Shown piece by piece: positions 34,995 through 47,002 of a stretch of DNA of 64,000 nucleotides; position 1 is the first letter of the stretch, and each line of letters starts with the position of its first letter. Below the pieces are notes generated by a model. The model was not told the origin of the DNA and searched no databases. It saw only the letters and a list, made by a program, of their open reading frames with translations. Where the stretch lies: the NCBI RefSeq assembly GCF_009834535.1, contig NC_045697.1, positions 116,004,001 through 116,068,000 on the forward strand, read 5' to 3'. Source of the DNA: Camelus ferus. Its lineage: Eukaryota. The position numbers were made by a program, and so were the translations under genes.

Positions 34995-37900
34995 TGGCAT
35001 CTTTAGACTCTGATCATTTAAAACCTTTCACTTGAGTTGTTGAAGATTTCTGACCTTTGCCTTAATCCTGCTGCCTGAGCCCTTGGTCTGGGCTCAGCCC
35101 CGGCTCCCTGTGCTGACAGTAACCTCAACTATATCCCATTCCTGGGAGACTGCATGCTTCACCCCAGTCCCAGGCACTTCAACCCCAGGATCCAGATGCT
35201 TGGACCAAGAAGAATGTTAACAGGACTGTGAAAGAAACGCTGGCATCTATTCATTCCAAATTGCTTTTGGAGGGGAAAGCAGTTTGGTTGTTTTGCTTTG
35301 TTTTTTCTCACAAATCTGTATCTTTCAGGCTTGGTCATGTCCTGGGACTCTTGAAAAGGTAAGAATCTTAGCAAAGGACATCTGCCCTGTCCCCTGGGCA
35401 GCGGAGGCATGAGAGCAGCACGTGGGATGGGGGGTCCCCAGTCTCTCCCCTCCCCTGTCGGGAAGGTCAACAAGAGAAGATACACTCAGGGAGTCGGGAC
35501 TCCCCACCAGCCGGCGTTCACCCTGCTGGTCCTGGGGGAGTGACTTTTCCAGGTGAATCTTAGAGATTCCACATTGTACATGTTCTTTTCCGAGGCTAGG
35601 TTTGCATGGGAGTCAATAATTATAATTTTCTTTAGAGATAATAATCATAACTGTGTGGTGCTGCAGCCGAACCCCTTCCCCACTCACATCTCCAGTCTGT
35701 CCTCTGCTATGTATTCACGTTCTGCTCGGCTACTTTGTTTCTTCTGCGCTTTTGGTCATTTAGGTGCTATTAAAGCAAACTACCCTGTGATCCACGATCA
35801 CACAAATTCTATCATTTGAGAGTAACTGGAGGGTACCCTGGGCTAGAAACAGCTTGCTTGAAGGTGGCTCTGCCCCCGGGGAGTTGAAACCTGAGCAGTG
35901 ACCAAAAAGGATGGGTCGAACGTGTTCTGGAAAATGCGTGGGCTCAGTGCTTCCCTGACGCCGGGCAGGATGCAGACCACCGGACCCACCCTCTGGCCCC
36001 GAGTTAGATCAGCGCCTCTGTCCACCATCCCTCTGCCTCCGTCAGGGTGGCTGCTCCATCTTAGGCACTCAGACTAGGAATTTTAAGTCTTGTTTCTTGG
36101 GGTTTTTTGGGGGGGGCAGGGCGATGAGAGCAAGGCTTCATTTTTTCTTTAATTTCTCATGTTCTGTTGAACATCAAATTCTACTGATTTTTTCCCTTTA
36201 AATCGTCTTTGTTCTTCCCTCCTCTCTGGACCCCATGCTTCCCAGCCTGGGTTACCCGCCTTCTACTCGCTCACCCTTGTGTCCTGGACTCCTGCCCAAT
36301 CAGATCTGTGTTTCACACCGTCACCTCATCACATCCTTTCTTCTGCTCCCCTGCCTCCTTCCTCTATTCCAAGCACTTACGGATCCCCTGGAATAACGAA
36401 TACCATCTCTGTGGAACACGTTTGTCCACGTAATGCCACAGCCCCTTACTCACTGCAGCGCGTTTCAGGGTCTCCTGACCCCGAGGCCCGTCCAGCGGGC
36501 ACGGGTCCTCGCTGTCCAGGCGCCGCCTTCTGCAGCCCGTCCTCCCCCCGAGACCTCAGGATGGAGCTGGAGGCTCTTCTCTGGGCGCCTCGCTCCTTGT
36601 CCATCCTTCCTTCATCTGAGCTTCCACAGCGCGCAAAATTTAACTCTAAACAGTCTGTTCTTTGCTCCTCTTCGTTAATCTTGCATCCTCGCTGTGAAGA
36701 GTCACTTATCTGTCAGTTATACCTAAACGAAGAAAATATAAATATTTGTAAAGTCATTTTACTTCTGGATATTCAGCAGTACTGGGCAGTTACAGAGACT
36801 CTTCAGTAAATGCATGTTCGTTGATTGTCCAATTTATCTGTATAACACGGGCCCTTCAGGGGCTGGGTAAGATGTTCATTTACTAAAACCTTTGCAGTAT
36901 CTTGGGCACTGCTCTGGGTGCCGGTACAGTATCCCAGGCACTGTTCCAGGTGCTGGGAACAGCGTGGTTACCGAGAGAGAACGCACAAAGCACAGGAATG
37001 GTGCTCCATCCTGGTTTCGGGAAGAACGAGGACCATTTGCACACAGAGCCCAGATGCAGGGAGTGGTTCTGAGACCAGACATCTATCTCGGTGCAATGAT
37101 GCCCCAGCATTTGTTTGCTCCCCAAGAAACAGGGGTCTGTTGCACTCAGCTTCCAACACCCCTGCCTTTAATTCATCACTTTCTTGACCTCATAGGCCTC
37201 CTCATTCACGATTTTTGTGTGTTCCTCATTGTCCTTGTCTCATGGCTTCTGCATACTGACTTCTTTGATTACAGCCTTTGCTCTTTTTTGCCTTTGCAGA
37301 GAAACTCCCCCAAAAGAACGTGATGAGTTCAAGTTGGCTGCTACTTTCTCTGCCGGTCTTAGTGCTCCTATTAGAATCTTCTAGATTGCTGGCAAGCCTG
37401 CATTGGCAACTCTTGGACCAGGCATCGCCTGTGATCTGGCTGTGATTGAGGCTGCTTGATAAAATATTCATTCATTATCCTGGGATCACTCGATAAGTCT
37501 TGCCCCTTAAGGCCTGAGAAATGGGAGACATTCAGCCAAAAGAAGACTACAATTTGAAGGCATCTTGGTTCACTTTAGTCTTGTCTGTAAATATCTGGCA
37601 TAAAATAAAACTACCTGGACCATAGTGCCCATGAATGAAATTAGCTCATTAAATGACATCTGGTAGACCTGTGCCTATCTTCATCTCAATGCCGCATGTG
37701 ACACTGACTTGATCCTAAGTCAGTTTTATAGTCTTATTTGGAAAAAAAAAAAAAAGCTTCCAATCTATGTGAATTAAGGACAACCTCAAACATTGTGACA
37801 TACCTCCACTCCACTGGCTCCCATCAGACCACACGGCAAGTCAGCTCCTCGCTCTTAGGTCAGAGAGTTCATGTTATTAACAGTTTCTACATTTAAGTAT

Positions 37901-38424
37901 CTACAGAAAGAAAAAAATGGGACTAACTTTTATTTTTGAGGCACTGAACACCCTAGATTGAATTTCTTTCCCTAGATTCTAAATTTACTTCAGACATTAT
38001 ATTCTCTGCTTGGACAATTTTTCCCACAATGAAAATTGTTATGGTCTTATTGATTGCCCATGAAATAAAGTCTTTTCTAAGATCCTTTAACCTAGCGTGC
38101 AATGTTTTGATCGCCTTTATCAATGTTCCCGTGATGTAGCCATGGCATTGTTAAAACTAACTGGGCAGTTAAGTGTAATTGCATACATAGGCAGGAATTT
38201 TATTATGGTTGGCTAACACATGTGTATTGAAAAAATGCAATTCACAAATTATTTTCTAGTTGCAGTCAGTGTTTTTGTTTCCCTTTTAGCAGGGTAAATT
38301 CTCATTCCCAGTAAGGTCTTTCTGAAGTGTCTGGCCACCTAGGGCGCAGTCTGCCTTCCTCCTCTCCATTCTGTTACTGCCCCTTTCAAACCTCTCTTAG
38401 TTGACATTCTTAGTGAATGGCCTC

Positions 38425-38890
38425 TCAAATGTCCATCGACAGATGACTGAATGAAGTTGTGGTATATTTATATAATGGAATACTACTCAGCCATAAAAAA
38501 TAGAATAATGCCATTTGCAGAAACGTGGATGGACCTGGAGATCATCATTCTAAGTGAAGTAAGTCAGAAAGAGAAAGAAAAATTCCATATGACATCACTC
38601 ATATGTGGAATCTAAAAAGAAGACAAACTTATTTACAAAACAGAAACAGACTCAGATACAGAAAACAAACTTATGGTTACCAGGAATTGAAGGGGCGGGG
38701 GTGGGAAGGGATAAATTGGGAATTTGAAAATTGCACCTCTTCCGGAGTGATGGAAATGTTAGCTATCTTCAGCATGGTGGTGGTTTCATGGGTGTAAACA
38801 CCTATCAAAATTCATCAGAATGTACATCTGTAGTTTTCTGTACAGGAATCATACAATAAAGGTGTTAAAAATAAAATAAAAATAAAAGTT
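38425..38890 (+). mobile_element. L1 3' end joined to an older L1M 3' tail
   Basis: aaatgtccatcgacagatgactg...gggataaattggg, then gatggaaatgttagctatctt...tacaataaa. Confidence 0.8.
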
Positions 38891-40561
38891 ATCAGAAACA
38901 AAACAAACAACTTGACCCCTCAGTGCTGCATGTCCTTTACTCATTTTTAAAAGAGAACAAGATCGGGGAACCAAGGACTCAGAGGGCTTCGCCCTTCTCT
39001 TCGGCAGGAATGTCAGTGTCATCACGCCACAGGGAAACCATGAGCACACAGACCTACTGTGTGTGTTGACACTGGCTTTCTCAGCAGCTCACATCCTTCC
39101 AGAACATTTTGAGAGAGATGATCAGTGACCTGGAGATAAAACATATTAAAGTAGAGATGAGCATAAACTCTACGCCTCCCAGGAGGAGGACTGGATTAAA
39201 GCGGAGGGAAATCGTTGGAGGCTTTCAGGTGCACATGTGAAAACAGAATTAGGTCTGGTTAGCCTTTTTGATTAGGGAGGAGAGGACTAGGGGGTCCCCA
39301 ACACTTTTTGCCACACGCCTCAAACTCGGCAAAGTTCTGTCATTAACAAGACACAGAGGAAGCTCTGTCACTGGCACTGATGGCACCTGATGAACACAGC
39401 CTTCTTAAAACCCTGAAGTGGAGACAAATCTTTGCTATTTAAAGGTAACCTGAAACATAAACAGGTAAGAATACCCATCATGGTTGGTTTGCCATTTTCC
39501 TGTATTTTTAGCAGAATACAAAAAGTGGTGAAGAGGTTATTCTTTGAACAGCAGCTCCTAAGTATTTTTCAGAACACATCTGAGAATGTTAAGCTTTCTG
39601 AATGACAGAAATTTAAGGAGCACAGAGGTGGCTGTTTGGACAGGGGTTCCCTGAGCGAAGAGCTCTGGAGTGAACATGAGGGAGGGGGCACAGGTACCCT
39701 GGCACCGGCATTTTTGAAGGTCCGGCTGAAGCTCCTGGAATGGTGTTAATTCTCCCCATTGTTCTGGTGGCCAGATTTTCCAAATTTACCACCATCACAC
39801 AGATGTGCCAGGAAGGGTTTTAGGTTTGGCCATCTTCCCTTTGGCAGCAGGACTGAGCTCCTGACTCCTTTCGAGGCTCCCTCACGACCCCTCCCATTTT
39901 GTGCAGGTGTTTCCACACGCTCCACCCGAAGCTTCCTGGTGATTGATGGTGGGGCTTTCATTTACACCTGTTCCAGGGAAAGAAATAGTCCTTGATTTCA
40001 GAATGTGCTCAAATGGGTTGCTGCTTAACTGATTCTTACCTTATTAAATAAAAGTGCCCTTCTAACAGACCGAAATATTCTTCCAACTTACTACACCTTA
40101 GGACTCATAGACAGAAGAGTGATCTTTGATGTGCTAATTACAAGTTCCAAGTCACTCGCCGGACTGTACTGTTAACGTAGTGGTCATGACCTTAAATGTC
40201 AGTTTAAGTTCTCTGAGAGCCGGTTTCTCAGCATGTATACTGGGAGTCAAAATAGTATGTCCCACAGAGAATTTTATTGGAAAAGGGTTGGGAAGAGACA
40301 AATGCTATGTAAATAGTGATAATCATCATTTTTCACTGAATCTCAAGAGACATGATGAACCCTGGACATGGTTTGGTTGCTGTCAATGTTAATATACCAA
40401 TTTCTTTTCTCTGAAAAGCCACCTAAAAGGATAGACTATTCAGGCAGTTTTTAGGCTAAATTGTGCCCATCTCCTCAGCGCCCTGGGGCCTGCTCCTGCA
40501 GTGAGACCTGAGGGCTCCATTTCCTCAATAAGAAAAAGCATGCACGAGTCACTAAGAATAT

Positions 40562-42542
40562 AGGCAAGGTTTTATGTTATATTTATTTATTTTCCAGCTT
40601 GTACAAACTGGATGTAAAAGCATAAACATAGTACATTTCTACCATTTTCAACAAAAATATAACCAATATGTACAATTATTGTATTAAAAATACAAAAGGG
40701 ATACAGACTCCACCAATGTCTTTCTAAAAGACATACAGGGACAAGTAGTATCAAAAGTACGAGGAGGTGACCAGTTAACTGTACAGTCTGCACTTGACAT
40801 CACGGAGCGAACTGAGCTTACAGTCCTAGGTTCTACGATTACTGGATGCTTAGGTAACGTTTGTGCAACTTGTGGAAGAGCCAGGTTTCTGTCTTTCTAT
40901 CTGCACATGAGGTCCACAGCCTACGTAAGGAAAGTGGCCAGCGATGCCTATTACACGTGAGATTACAAATGCGTAACTGACGACGTGGCAGGTGAGCAGG
41001 TCGACGAATGCCATGATACAGAAGAGAATTATTAAATAAAGCACTGACGAGTGTTGGATACAGTGAAAAAACACTGCAATTCGACTTTTACAATCGGAAG
41101 CTATTTACGTTTATCTACTGATCAATATGATCAGCTGAATTTAATGGGGAAAAAAAAATCCAAGACCAGCAGTTCCTCACATTTGAGTACTACTCGGATT
41201 GGCAGCCTTCACTTTTCCGGAGTCTGTGCAAAAACAACAAAAGATAGAGAGGAGGGGTGACTTCGGTCGTCGGCGTGGGGTGAATAGCAGCTGTGAGCGG
41301 GCGGCTGCCACTGAGGCCTTCGCTGTCTCAGCGTCCAGAAAGCCACTCACAGGTTAGTCTTTGGTGACTAACCCACCTCGCGAAGGCTGGTGTATCTTAC
41401 CAGGCGTTTGAGCTTCTGATCTTTCTCTTGTTAAAGGCGTCCATTCCGAACCGGGAGGCCGTCCCCTAAGAGCAGCGTTGACAGCTGGCGTCCGCACGGC
41501 ATCCCAGCCGCTTTCACTGCCGTGCTCTCCAGTTATCAACGTTTCTCTTTAGAAACAAACAAAAGAGTCCCTAAAACTAAGTCAACAGAAAGCAAAGGAA
41601 CATAATTTAAAAGACGTGCGGTTGGCCGTCCCTCTCGATGGCACAGGATGCGTCCTCAAATGACACCGCCCTGTGCTCCGTAAGGCTCAGACACGGGACA
41701 ACGGAGTCCCAGCTCCCTCCCCGGGCCATGTGCAAACAGTGTGCCGGCAGGTGGGCCCCGGCCGCTGGGGAAGGGGTGGACCGGACCCCGGGATGTAAGG
41801 GACTGGCTAACACCTCCTGCTTCAAGGACAGGGCACTTGCCGGGCACAGCCACTGGGACCCAGGAAGATGGGCTGTAGGCTGGGTCTTCCTTGCTCTGGG
41901 GGTTGGGGTGGGGACCACACCCTACCAGGCATATTTGGTTTTTTTAGTCACCCGCCTGGGCTGGCAACCCTACTTAAAGGTTCAAAATAATACTGTAATC
42001 AGATGGATATAACATTTACTCTCTGAACATAATCTTTAAACTCATTAAAAAAAAAAAAAAAAGAGGACATTGTAAACAAGTGGACGAGCATAGTTCTCAA
42101 AGGATGTCACTGTGTCTCTGTCTTCCTTGGAGGGTTAAAGGCCCTCAGTGTCCGGTGGCTCGCCGTTCTCATGATGCCAATGCAACCACGTGCTAGGACT
42201 GGATTGAAATCTGAGAGGAAGACGCTCCGGATCCTTCCGGCGCGGAGACGCTCTCGGAGTCGGGATGTCGGAGTCTGTGGGGCGCGGCAGGCGGGAGCTC
42301 GGAGACCGCGGCGCTGTGCATTCAAGCAACAAAGTCGGAAAAGTGCCAGGGCGGTTTCTTCACAGTATTTCACATGCAAAGGGGACAGTACGAGGGGGGA
42401 AGAAGCCCCATGCTGCTTTTAAGGCAGGGAAGGAGGCAAACTGGTCCACCGTCCTCGGAGTGTGAGTCCCACGGCCGCGACGCCGGGGCGTCTTCCTGCC
42501 CTCCCCTTCGGGCGGCGGCTCCGGCCCGGAGACGCCCGAGCC
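40562..42542 (-). other. RAPGEF2: RAPGEF2 3'UTR (~2.0 kb); cleavage site approximate
   Basis: Repeat-free sequence after the stop codon, ending at overlapping AATAAA hexamers; U-rich with miRNA and Pumilio motifs. Confidence 0.8.
40582..40591 (-). terminator. Polyadenylation signal (AATAAATAAA, two overlapping AATAAA)
   Basis: Plus strand tttatttatt; a T/GT-rich stretch follows on the minus strand. Confidence 0.8.
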
Positions 42543-42568
42543 TCAAACAGCAGACACTTGCTCATCTT
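42543..42568 (-). CDS. RAPGEF2: RAPGEF2 terminal coding segment E-DEQVSAV-stop (class I PDZ-binding C-terminus)
   Basis: ttatgttggcag|AAGATGAGCAAGTGTCTGCTGTTTGA; TGA at 42543-42545; phase matches the preceding exon. Confidence 0.96.
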
Positions 42569-42893
42569 CTGCCAACATAACCGCGGAAGGAAAAAGAAAA
42601 GAAACTCAATGAGCGAGCACATCGGTTCTTGTGCTTAGAGAGAACACAACCCTGATGCACTATATAAAAATACTATTTTTTTTTAGTATAGGTCACTTAA
42701 AATCTTCTCTTTTCCTACATAATGATTAGTAACAATAAAAAAGGTTTAAAATACAGATGGAGCACATCTTTAAATATATATACCTTGTATATTTACTGAT
42801 TGGAAATGTATTAATGATAAATTCCCTGGAAAAAAGTTATAAAACAGCCTGTGACTTTTTAATAATATATACTGCATACACATAAAAAGGTCT

Positions 42894-43013
42894 GGGAGTG
42901 GGGAGGGTATAGCTCAGAGGTAGAGTACGTGCTTAGCATGCACCAGGTCCTGGGTTCAACCCCCAGTACCTCCATTAAAAAAAAAAAAAAGATTAAAAGG
43001 GGTAGGAAAAAAA
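42894..43013 (+). mobile_element. Vic-1-like SINE in the last RAPGEF2 intron (within an old L1ME-like remnant)
   Basis: gggagggtatagctcagaggtagag...gggttcaacccccagtacctcc + poly-A. Confidence 0.88.
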
Positions 43014-43498
43014 AGTCTAGAAGGATATGTAACAAAACGTTAACAGGGTTAGCCTGCAAGCGGCAGGATTCTACGTAATTTTCATTGTGTTTGCTTTTTT
43101 CTATAATGATTATTTGCATTATAAAACATATTAAACCTAAAACAGGAAGTGCGGTCGGGGCAGCATGGCTCCCGCTGCTCCCAGCACGGCCATCTCGGCC
43201 AGAGGAGGCAAAAATGTTAGAGAGGAGCGGATTTCTTTATCAGCGCTTCGCTGGGAACTACTAAGCCTGCAACACAGCATTTCCACAGAGAGCCGAGAAC
43301 GAGGAGTAAACCCAGCCATGCACACCCTCGGCTACAAGTGACCCCTCTGCGGCCTTGAGTTACTTCCTGAGCCGCAGAGGACCAAGCAAAAGGAAACCCC
43401 CCGGACAGAAGAGCGGGCCACGACTGCAACCCCGAACCTGGCCCCCCACCCCCGAGGGGCCCCCAAGGGCGCAGAGGCCACGGGGAAAGGGCATGTAC

Positions 43499-43798
43499 CG
43501 TCCTCCTCAGCGGAGAAGCCCGGGCCCGCATGCGGGCCGAGGCGCAGGTCCCCGTCGCCAGGCCGGTGCCACTGCGGCCGGGGGGCGGGCCGGCCACCAC
43601 CATGGGGCGCGGGCGGCTGCGGGGCGGGGGCCGCGGGGTCCGGCGGCCGGGCCAGCATCCGGGAGCGCTGCAGGGCCACGGTGTAGTCCGGGGGCTTCCG
43701 GGCCGGGTGCGGCGGCCCCTCGGGGAAGTCGGTGATGGGGATGCCCACGTAGCCCGGTGGGGTGGGCGGGGGCTCCCGGTACCGGCCCTCCTTCCGCG
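43499..43798 (-). CDS. RAPGEF2: RAPGEF2 penultimate exon ([16 protein letters not shown]...RKPPDY...FSAEED)
   Basis: tcttcactgcag acceptor, G|gtaca donor; 300 nt; PY motifs PPGY (43749-43760) and PPDY (43683-43694). Confidence 0.95.
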
Positions 43799-44364
43799 CT
43801 GCAGTGAAGACAAGGCAGAGCGTTAGGACCGCATGGGAGAGCATCTTGGCCCCGTTACTGGAATGAAGAAAATCAGCGCTACGACAACACACAGTGGAAC
43901 GGGTCGAGAGGTGCGGGCAGGGAAAGGACTTCACTGAACAACTATTCACCGCGGTCATCTCCGTGGGAGGGGATAACCCAACGGGGGAGACCTGGAGCTC
44001 TAAACCGAGGGCTGCAAAGCGTCTGCACCTGTAGAGTGGTAACCAGGCTGACACCCAACCCTGCAGTTTATCGGTTTATCGCAAAAAGAGATCAGAAGAC
44101 AGCCAGTTCCACGCCTGGAACCTGTGACGGGTGCCCAGTGAAGGTTCCTTCCTCTTTCCCTCCCCTCCAGGCCAGGCAGGCGGTCCCTCTTCACTGGGCA
44201 CTTCGTGCCCCTCACCAGACAGAGGGGCCAGTCCATGGTGCTTTCAGGTCTTGGGCTTCATTTGCGAAAACAATTTGGAAAAGTAGGACAGAACTTTTGA
44301 TGCAAACCTAAAAATTCTAAACTGTGTATATGTAAGGTACGTATTTTCCTTAAAATCCTTCCCA

Positions 44365-44848
44365 TGGACAGATGACTGGATAAAGAAGGTGTGATGTATA
44401 TATACTACTCAGCCATAAAAAGTGAAACAATGCTATTTGCAGCAACATGGATGGACCCAGAGATGATCATACTAAGTGAAGAAAGTCAGACAGAGAAAGA
44501 CAAATACCATATAATATCACTTATATGTGGAATCTGAAATATGATACAAATGAACTTACTTACAAAACAGAAACAGACTCACTGACATAGAAAACGAACT
44601 TACGGTTACCAGAGGGGGAAGATGGCAGAGGGATAAATTAGTTTGGGACCAACAGATACAAACTATTATATATAGAATAAACAACAAGGATTTACTGTAC
44701 AGCACAGGGAACTATATTCAATATCTTATAATAACCTATAATGGAAAATAATCTGAAAAAATATATGTAACTGAATCACTTTACTGTACACCTGAAACTA
44801 GCACAATATTGTTAATCAACTATATGTCAAAATAAAAAGAAAAAGAAA
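44365..44848 (+). mobile_element. Intronic L1 3' end
   Basis: gacagatgactggataaagaag...gcagcaacatggatggac...aatcaactata + A tail. Confidence 0.9.
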
Positions 44849-45897
44849 GTGCTTTAAAAATCACGACCTAAGAATAGGTATTAACTGTTGTCTCCTTATT
44901 CATCTTGAAAGGATATTAAATTTGACAGCCACCCGTGACTATTTGCATGATAAAATAACTGCAATCTCCCTACTAATAAAAGTGATCTCTGTAAAGGTTA
45001 GAGCCTGGAATTTCTCACTCTATAGCCTATTGTGTAGCCCTGCTCTTCAATTAGATGCTGAACATGCCAGAGAGTTTATCCCGAGGAGATTAAGGAACCG
45101 TAAGAGACTTCTCAAGAGAAACAGCATCAGCAAGGTGACAGTGTTCTGTGTACTTAAGAATTCTTATCCAGGCGCTGGTGCTCTGAGTGCTCTGCAGAGT
45201 TCCTTAAGTCCTCACACCAGCTGGATTGGTACAAATTATGAAGCCCATTTTACAGATGGGGAAACAGACACAGCTGAGTGCCCCACCCACTGTCACAAAG
45301 TGAGGAAGTCGCAAAGCAGGGGTTCAAGCCCCCACCTGCCTGACTTCCGAGCCCTGACTGCATTCTCTCTCAGGCCCCTCACCCTCGTTCGGTCGTGTGC
45401 AGGGAGAATTTGTTTAGCACAGAAACAATTTAGCTGCATAACAAACATCAATGGAAGATTTTTAAATATGCAAGGTATAAAGTTCTAAATACAACTCAAG
45501 AGAACAGAAGAGAAAAATGAAACAGTTAAAACTGCTCCAGTTAAACAAAAAATTCTTCCTCTAGAGAGGATTGGCCATCCTTCCTGATAATCTTCATCTG
45601 GGAAGATCAGTATTAGACCAGATAATACCGGTGATGACAACCTACTGACGTCAACAGCTAAAGTGCACTTAAGGTTTACTGTACTGGAAGCTGTTTACAG
45701 GCACTGGACCACAAGACCCGGGCTCTCAACCACTGTTCATTTCAAAGTCCTCCATGCAGGGCTAATCTGGAAGCCCTACCCAGCCATGGGTGGGACAAAA
45801 TGAGGAGAAAAACCACAAACACTTAATAACTTCACTTGCAAAACCAGTTAGAGGAAAGCCACCACCCAGATGGGACCGTGCTCTGCAGTCAGCTTAC

Positions 45898-46460
45898 CAA
45901 TGAGCCCTTTGGCAGCGCCAGGCGTCACGGCTATGTGGGCCACCCCGGCGGCGGGCTTGGTGTCCTCCGTGGTCACGGCTGGCATGCTGCTGCTGCTGTC
46001 GGCGTCCATGGAGACGTCCTTCCCCCCCCTTCGCTTTATTGTGCCTGTGTCCCCTTCCGAGTCTTCTCCCCAGTACCCCGTGGAAGATGCCCAGCTTGCC
46101 CGGGACTGGGCTTGGTCCAGACTCTCTCTGCTTTGATTCTGCCTGCTGTACTTTGTGCTGTGATCAGAAAACATGATTTGGTCCATATGGCTGCTCGTGC
46201 CCCAGAGACCTGCAGCATCCCCAGAATAGTCAAAGTGAGGGTGTCCAAACGGGAGCGTCTCCCAGCTCCTCTGGTGCTGGATGGTCTGGATGTTGTCGTG
46301 GGAGCCACTCGAGCACGATGTCCAGCTCCCTCGGCCGCTGTCGGCTGCGTCCAGTGACGCCCGGTCCCCCTGGTCCTGGGAGAGCTCCTCGGTGCTGGGA
46401 GAAGAGATCACTGTGGCCGTGGCATACAAGCCCCGGCCCTCTGACAGTGGGGCATAGGAC
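45898..46460 (-). CDS. RAPGEF2: RAPGEF2 large exon ([10 protein letters not shown]...DSGRGS...AKGLI)
   Basis: Poly-T tract + cccccag acceptor, G|gtaag donor; 563 nt; contains DSGRGS (46325-46342), a DSGxxS beta-TrCP-type degron. Confidence 0.97.
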
Positions 46461-46776
46461 CTGGGGGGTCGGAAGACACAGAAAAGAAAAAAAAAAAAAA
46501 AAAAAACCAAGGGGAGAGAAGAGAAAGAGGGAAAAAAGCAAGACTGTTAATGAATAAATCTATAAAACCGAACACTTTTTCCCAGAAAGGCAGCCTGCTT
46601 TCATCCCAGGAGGAGGATGGAAGATTCCCCATGGTACTAAGTCATCCGGAAACTGAACATGAGAACTGGAGTGGGGGTGCATCTCTCGGCCTGTGTAAAC
46701 AGACACACACAGCTGGAGGGAAGGGTGGGTTTTCCAAGCTGGTGGAGCACCAGGAGGTCAGGAAGACGAGCCCTAC

Positions 46777-47002
46777 CCCAGGCTGAACTGGTCCGGTTCC
46801 ACTGCTGGCCGCCGCTCCGCCCGGCCCACGCCCAGGCCGCTCTCCACGATGCTGACCGAGTGCCTCTGCCGCCTCTCCTCCTGCAGCGAGGCAGGCACCG
46901 AGTCAAAGGAGGAGTTGCTGACGATGCTGGATCGCGAAGAGATTTCGCTGTGCCCGGAATCCGAGAAGTTGTCCACAGTGCCGCTGGGAGCCAGGGTGTA
47001 GC
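46777..47002 (-). CDS. RAPGEF2: RAPGEF2 exon ([18 protein letters not shown]...EPDQFSL), Ser-rich
   Basis: ctccacgcag acceptor, GG|gtagg donor; 226 nt. Confidence 0.96.

Noticed and set aside
38331..38350. CTCF-like motif (also ccactaggtgg at ~34786)
   Set aside because: Only partial matches to the core consensus; the second lies inside a Charlie1 remnant; not supportable without a PWM score or ChIP data
43217..44054. Long overlapping ORFs in several frames (198 aa, 126 aa, 98 aa)
   Set aside because: Stop codons are rare in very GC-rich DNA; only the frame spliced into RAPGEF2 is supported
44922..45488. 188-aa plus-strand ORF in a RAPGEF2 intron
   Set aside because: Non-ATG start, overlaps a MIR-like remnant (cccattttacagatggggaaacaga), and has no recognisable protein features
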